A stretch of DNA of 64,000 nt from Eledone cirrhosa (lineage: Eukaryota): assembly GCA_964016885.1 (NCBI GenBank), contig OZ024762.1, forward strand, positions 2,418,001 to 2,482,000, in the 5' to 3' direction. Shown piece by piece: positions 58,969-64,000 of this stretch. The position numbers were made by a program, and so were the translations under genes. Position 1 is the stretch's first letter; each line of letters begins with the position of its first letter. The notes below the pieces were generated by a model that was given only the letters and a program-made list of their open reading frames with translations, did no database searches and was not told the DNA's origin.

Positions 58969-60225
58969 CCCTTTAGCATTGAAACCGGCTGTAACTGAAC
59001 AGAATTTTCTCACCGCTTTCTGTTTAAACTGGCTGTAACCGGCCAGAATTCTCTCATACCTTTCTGTTCAAACCGGCTGTATCCAGCCATTCATACTGAT
59101 GTTAAGATATTGTTCTAAAAATGAATATCAAAATCTCATAGATTCGATATTATGTGAGGTAAAGCCTTTACTGTGAAAATACAATAGTATATATAGAGTA
59201 ATGTAAATGTTATGTGAGATATTATGTGAGGTAAAGCCTTTACTGTGAAAATACAATAGTATATATAGAGTAATGTAAATGTTATGTGAGATATTATGTG
59301 AGGTAAAGCCTTTACTGTGACAATACAATAGTATATATAGAGTAATGTAAATATTATGTGAGATATTATGTGAGGTAAAGCCTTTACTGTGAAAATACAA
59401 TAGTATATATAGAGTAATGTAAATGTTATGTGAGATATTATGTGAGGTAAAGCCTTTACTGTGACAATACAATAGTATATATAGAGTAATGTAAATGTTA
59501 TGTGAGATATTATGTAAGGTAAAGCCTTTACTGTGAAAATACAATAGTATATATAGAGTAATGTAAATGTTATGTGAGATATTATGTAAGGTAAAGCCTT
59601 TACTGTGAAAATACAATAGTATATATAGAGTAATGTAAATGTTATGTGAGATATTATGTGAGGTAAAGCCTTTACTGTGAAAAGACAATAGTATATATAG
59701 AGTAATGTAAATGTTATGTGAGATATTATGTGAGGTAAAGCCTTTACTGTGAAAATACAATAGTATATATAGAGTAATGTAAATGTTATGTGAGATATTA
59801 TGTAAGGTAAAGCCTTTACTGTGAAAATACAATAGTATATATAGAGTAATGTAAATGTTATGTGAGATATTATGTGAGGTAAAGCCTTTACTGTGAAAAT
59901 ACAATAGTATATATAGAGTAATGTAAATGTTATGTGAGATATTATGTAAGGTAAAGCCTTTACTGTGAAAATACAATAGTATATATAGAGTAATGTAAAT
60001 GTTATGTGAGATATTATGTGAGGTAAAGCCTTTACTGTGAAAATACAATAGTATATATAGAGTAATGTAAATGTTATGCGAGATATTATGTGAGGTAAAG
60101 CCTTTACTGTGAAAAGACAATAATATATATAGAGTAATGTAAATGTTATGTGAGATATTATGTGAGGTAAAGCCTTTACTGTGAAAAGACAATAGTATAT
60201 ATAGAGTAATGTAAATGGTAAAGGA
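58969..60225. mobile_element. piggyBac-type MITE carrying ~15 copies of a 72-bp repeat (59147-60216)
   Basis: TTAA|CCCTTTAGCATT ... AATGGTAAAGGA|TTAA; a related left end lies at 57736-57850. Confidence 0.72.
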
Positions 60226-60564
60226 TTAAAGGGGTTTATAAACCTCCTTTATTGAAAAATATAGGCATCTAAATAACAGGGCATATTACCCCTTAACAGA
60301 GGTACTTCATTTATTTTTGTGCAGTTGACACAAGGGAATAAGCAGGGTGGTACAAAGGGGTAGCAGGGTGGCACAAAGCGGGTAGCAGGGTGGCACAGAG
60401 GTAGAAGTAGGGTGGCACAGAGGTGGTAGCAGGGTGGTACAAAGGGGGTAGCAGGGTGATACAAAGGGGGTAGCAGTGTGTGATACAAAGGGGGTAGCAG
60501 TGTGTGATACAAAGGGGGTAGCAGTGTGTGGCACAAAGGGGATAGCAGGGTGGGACATACTTAC

Positions 60565-60654
60565 GTCGCTATATTCACCCTCTTGATCAATCAAAATAAG
60601 TATGAAACCAACAACTGTAAACACCAACGTCAGAACCATGAATATCCTGTGGAG
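60565..60654 (-). CDS. FRRS1: FRRS1-like exon (LHRIFMVLTLVFTVVGFILILIDQEGEYSD); upstream exons lie beyond the window
   Basis: HRxxM heme-His helix of cytochrome b561; TTTCAG|...GAC|GTAAGT, phase 0-0. Confidence 0.9.
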
Positions 60655-60696
60655 CTGAAAGAGAGAGAGAGTTATATATATATATATATATATATA

Positions 60697-63600
60697 TAAA
60701 TTGAAACAAAATGAAAACGAAATTTCATTTCTCACTCTTAGTATGGCACTTACTTAAATGTAAGTATGCATGTATACGTACATACATATATGTATACAGA
60801 CGTACAGTAGCATGCACATATATATATATATATACATATATATATACATATGCATACAGGTACACATACATATATGCACGTATCAGTTTAGCGGCGCTAA
60901 CGTCGCTTTGTTCGTTTGTAAACAAACTGAACAGCCTGAATTTATGCCATACGGTGTTAAGGCAACCACGTCACCTTTTTGTTCAACACTGACACAGGAA
61001 CGATGTACTAGTTTCAAGCTTGTTAGCTATCATCAGCACCGTTTACCCATCTGCCAGATAGTTGAACGTTCGAAAGTATATACTTTCCTTATGAAAATTA
61101 ACGGCTGAGCAGCCTAATTTGCATATTGAGTGAGTTAAATCGGTCAGGCATACCGAAAACGATAAATTGAAACAAAATGAAAACGAAATTTCATTTCTCA
61201 CTCTTAGTATGGCACTTACTTAAATGTAAGTATGCATGTATACGTACATACATATATGTATACAGACGTACAGTAGCATGCACATATATATATATATATA
61301 CATATATATATACATATGCATACAGGTACACATACATATATGCACGTATCAGTTTAGCGGCGCTAACGTCGCTTTGTTCGTTTGTAAACAAACTGAACAG
61401 CCTGAATTTATGCCATACGGTGTTAAGGCAACCACGTCACCTTTTTGTTCAACACTGACACAGGAACGATGTACTAGTTTCAAGCTTGTTAGCTATCATC
61501 AGCACCGTTTACCCATCTGCCAGATAGTTGAACGTTCGAAAGTATATACTTTCCTTATGAAAATTAACGGCTGAGCAGCCTAATTTGCATATTGAGTGAG
61601 TTAAATCGGTCAGGCATACCGAAAACGATAAATTGAAACAAAATGAAAACGAAATTTCATTTCTCACTCTTAGTATGGCACTTACTTAAATGTAAGTATG
61701 CATGTATACGTACATACATATATGTATACAGACGTACAGTAGCATGCACATATATATATATATATACATATATATATACATATGCATACAGGTACACATA
61801 CATATATGCACGTATCAGTTTAGCGGCGCTAACGTCGCTTTGTTCGTTTGTAAACAAACTGAACAGCCTGAATTTATGCCATACGGTGTTAAGGCAACCA
61901 CGTCACCTTTTTGTTCAACACTGACACAGGAACGATGTACTAGTTTCAAGCTTGTTAGCTATCATCAGCACCGTTTACCCATCTGCCAGATAGTTGAACG
62001 TTCGAAAGTATATACTTTCCTTATGAAAATTAACGGCTGAGCAGCCTAATTTGCATATTGAGTGAGTTAAATCGGTCAGGCATACCGAAAACGATAAATT
62101 GAAACAAAATGAAAACGAAATTTCATTTCTCACTCTTAGTATGGCACTTACTTAAATGTAAGTATGCATGTATACGTACATACATATATGTATACAGACG
62201 TACAGTAGCATGCACATATATATATATATATACATATATATATACATATGCATACAGGTACACATACATATATGCACGTATCAGTTTAGCGGCGCTAACG
62301 TCGCTTTGTTCGTTTGTAAACAAACTGAACAGCCTGAATTTATGCCATACGGTGTTAAGGCAACCACGTCACCTTTTTGTTCAACACTGACACAGGAACG
62401 ATGTACTAGTTTCAAGCTTGTTAGCTATCATCAGCACCGTTTACCCATCTGCCAGATAGTTGAACGTTCGAAAGTATATACTTTCCTTATGAAAATTAAC
62501 GGCTGAGCAGCCTAATTTGCATATTGAGTGAGTTAAATCGGTCAGGCATACCGAAAACGATAAATTGAAACAAAATGAAAACGAAATTTCATTTCTCACT
62601 CTTAGTATGGCACTTACTTAAATGTAAGTATGCATGTATACGTACATACATATATGTATACAGACGTACAGTAGCATGCACATATATATATATATATACA
62701 TATATATATACATATGCATACAGGTACACATACATATATGCACGTATCAGTTTAGCGGCGCTAACGTCGCTTTGTTCGTTTGTAAACAAACTGAACAGCC
62801 TGAATTTATGCCATACGGTGTTAAGGCAACCACGTCACCTTTTTGTTCAACACTGACACAGGAACGATGTACTAGTTTCAAGCTTGTTAGCTATCATCAG
62901 CACCGTTTACCCATCTGCCAGATAGTTGAACGTTCGAAAGTATATACTTTCCTTATGAAAATTAACGGCTGAGCAGCCTAATTTGCATATTGAGTGAGTT
63001 AAATCGGTCAGGCATACCGAAAACGATAAATTGAAACAAAATGAAAACGAAATTTCATTTCTCACTCTTAGTATGGCACTTACTTAAATGTAAGTATGCA
63101 TGTATACGTACATACATATATGTATACAGACGTACAGTAGCATGCACATATATATATATATATACATATATATATACATATGCATACAGGTACACATACA
63201 TATATGCACGTATCAGTTTAGCGGCGCTAACGTCGCTTTGTTCGTTTGTAAACAAACTGAACAGCCTGAATTTATGCCATACGGTGTTAAGGCAACCACG
63301 TCACCTTTTTGTTCAACACTGACACAGGAACGATGTACTAGTTTCAAGCTTGTTAGCTATCATCAGCACCGTTTACCCATCTGCCAGATAGTTGAACGTT
63401 CGAAAGTATATACTTTCCTTATGAAAATTAACGGCTGAGCAGCCTAATTTGCATATTGAGTGAGTTAAATCGGTCAGGCATACCGAAAACGATAAATTGA
63501 AACAAAATGAAAACGAAATTTCATTTCTCACTCTTAGTATGGCACTTACTTAAATGTAAGTATGCATGTATACGTACATACATATATGTATACAGACGTA

Positions 63601-64000
63601 CAGTAGCATGCACATATATATATATATATACATATATATATACATATGCATACAGGTACACATACATATATGCACGTATCAGTTTAGCGGCGCTAACGTC
63701 GCTTTGTTCGTTTGTAAACAAACTGAACAGCCTGAATTTATGCCATACGGTGTTAAGGCAACCACGTCACCTTTTTGTTCAACACTGACACAGGAACGAT
63801 GTACTAGTTTCAAGCTTGTTAGCTATCATCAGCACCGTTTACCCATCTGCCAGATAGTTGAACGTTCGAAAGTATATACTTTCCTTATGAAAATTAACGG
63901 CTGAGCAGCCTAATTTGCATATTGAGTGAGTTAAATCGGTCAGGCATACCGAAAACGATAAATTGAAACAAAATGAAAACGAAATTTCATTTCTCACTCT
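60697..64000 (-). mobile_element. Tandem array of at least 7 apparently identical 466-bp units, each with a hammerhead ribozyme (retrozyme-like or Penelope pLTR array)
   Basis: Period 466 (identical ORFs at 60711, 61177 ... 63507); runs off the window end. Confidence 0.9.
60999..61043 (-). ncRNA. Minimal type I hammerhead; further copies start at 61465, 61931, 62397, 62863, 63329 and 63795
   Basis: AACGGUG-CUGAUGA-U-AGCU aaca AGCU-U-GAA-ACUAGU-A|CAUCGUU: 7-bp stem I, palindromic stem III, GUA triplet. Confidence 0.85.

Noticed and set aside
59128-60192. 354-aa ORF made of 24-aa repeats
   Set aside because: Translation of the 72-bp intronic tandem repeat inside a MITE.

Overview
Animal genomic DNA, very AT- and microsatellite-rich. 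The SINE and repeat landscape looks like a coleoid cephalopod (octopus-like), which is an inference. Genes: the first coding exon of a C12orf56-like gene (- strand, 1410-1640), two intronless divergently oriented class A GPCRs (41936-42886 -, 52784-53773 +), and the last six exons of an FRRS1-like cytochrome b561 ferric-chelate reductase (- strand, 54492-60654, all splice phases consistent). The rest is (TA)n/(GGT)n microsatellite, CR1/L2- and RTE-clade LINE fragments, SINEs, mariner/piggyBac MITEs, a Helitron and TE-derived minisatellites. Main findings: (1) About 15 type I hammerhead ribozyme motifs from at least 5 well-supported, unrelated families sit in Penelope-like, (TA)n-flanked inserts. 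They include a retrozyme-like array of seven 466-bp units in the FRRS1 intron with the ribozyme in the host sense orientation, and a U3-A8 core variant. (2) Three copies of an unidentified ~150-165 nt Pol III-type RNA gene (TATA, A box, B box, terminal stem, T-run). (3) Both GPCRs carry a lysine at the opsin Schiff-base position (7.43). (4) A ~6 kb nested palindrome built around a mariner-derived 88-bp satellite. Nearly all long ORFs in the supplied track are microsatellite artefacts.
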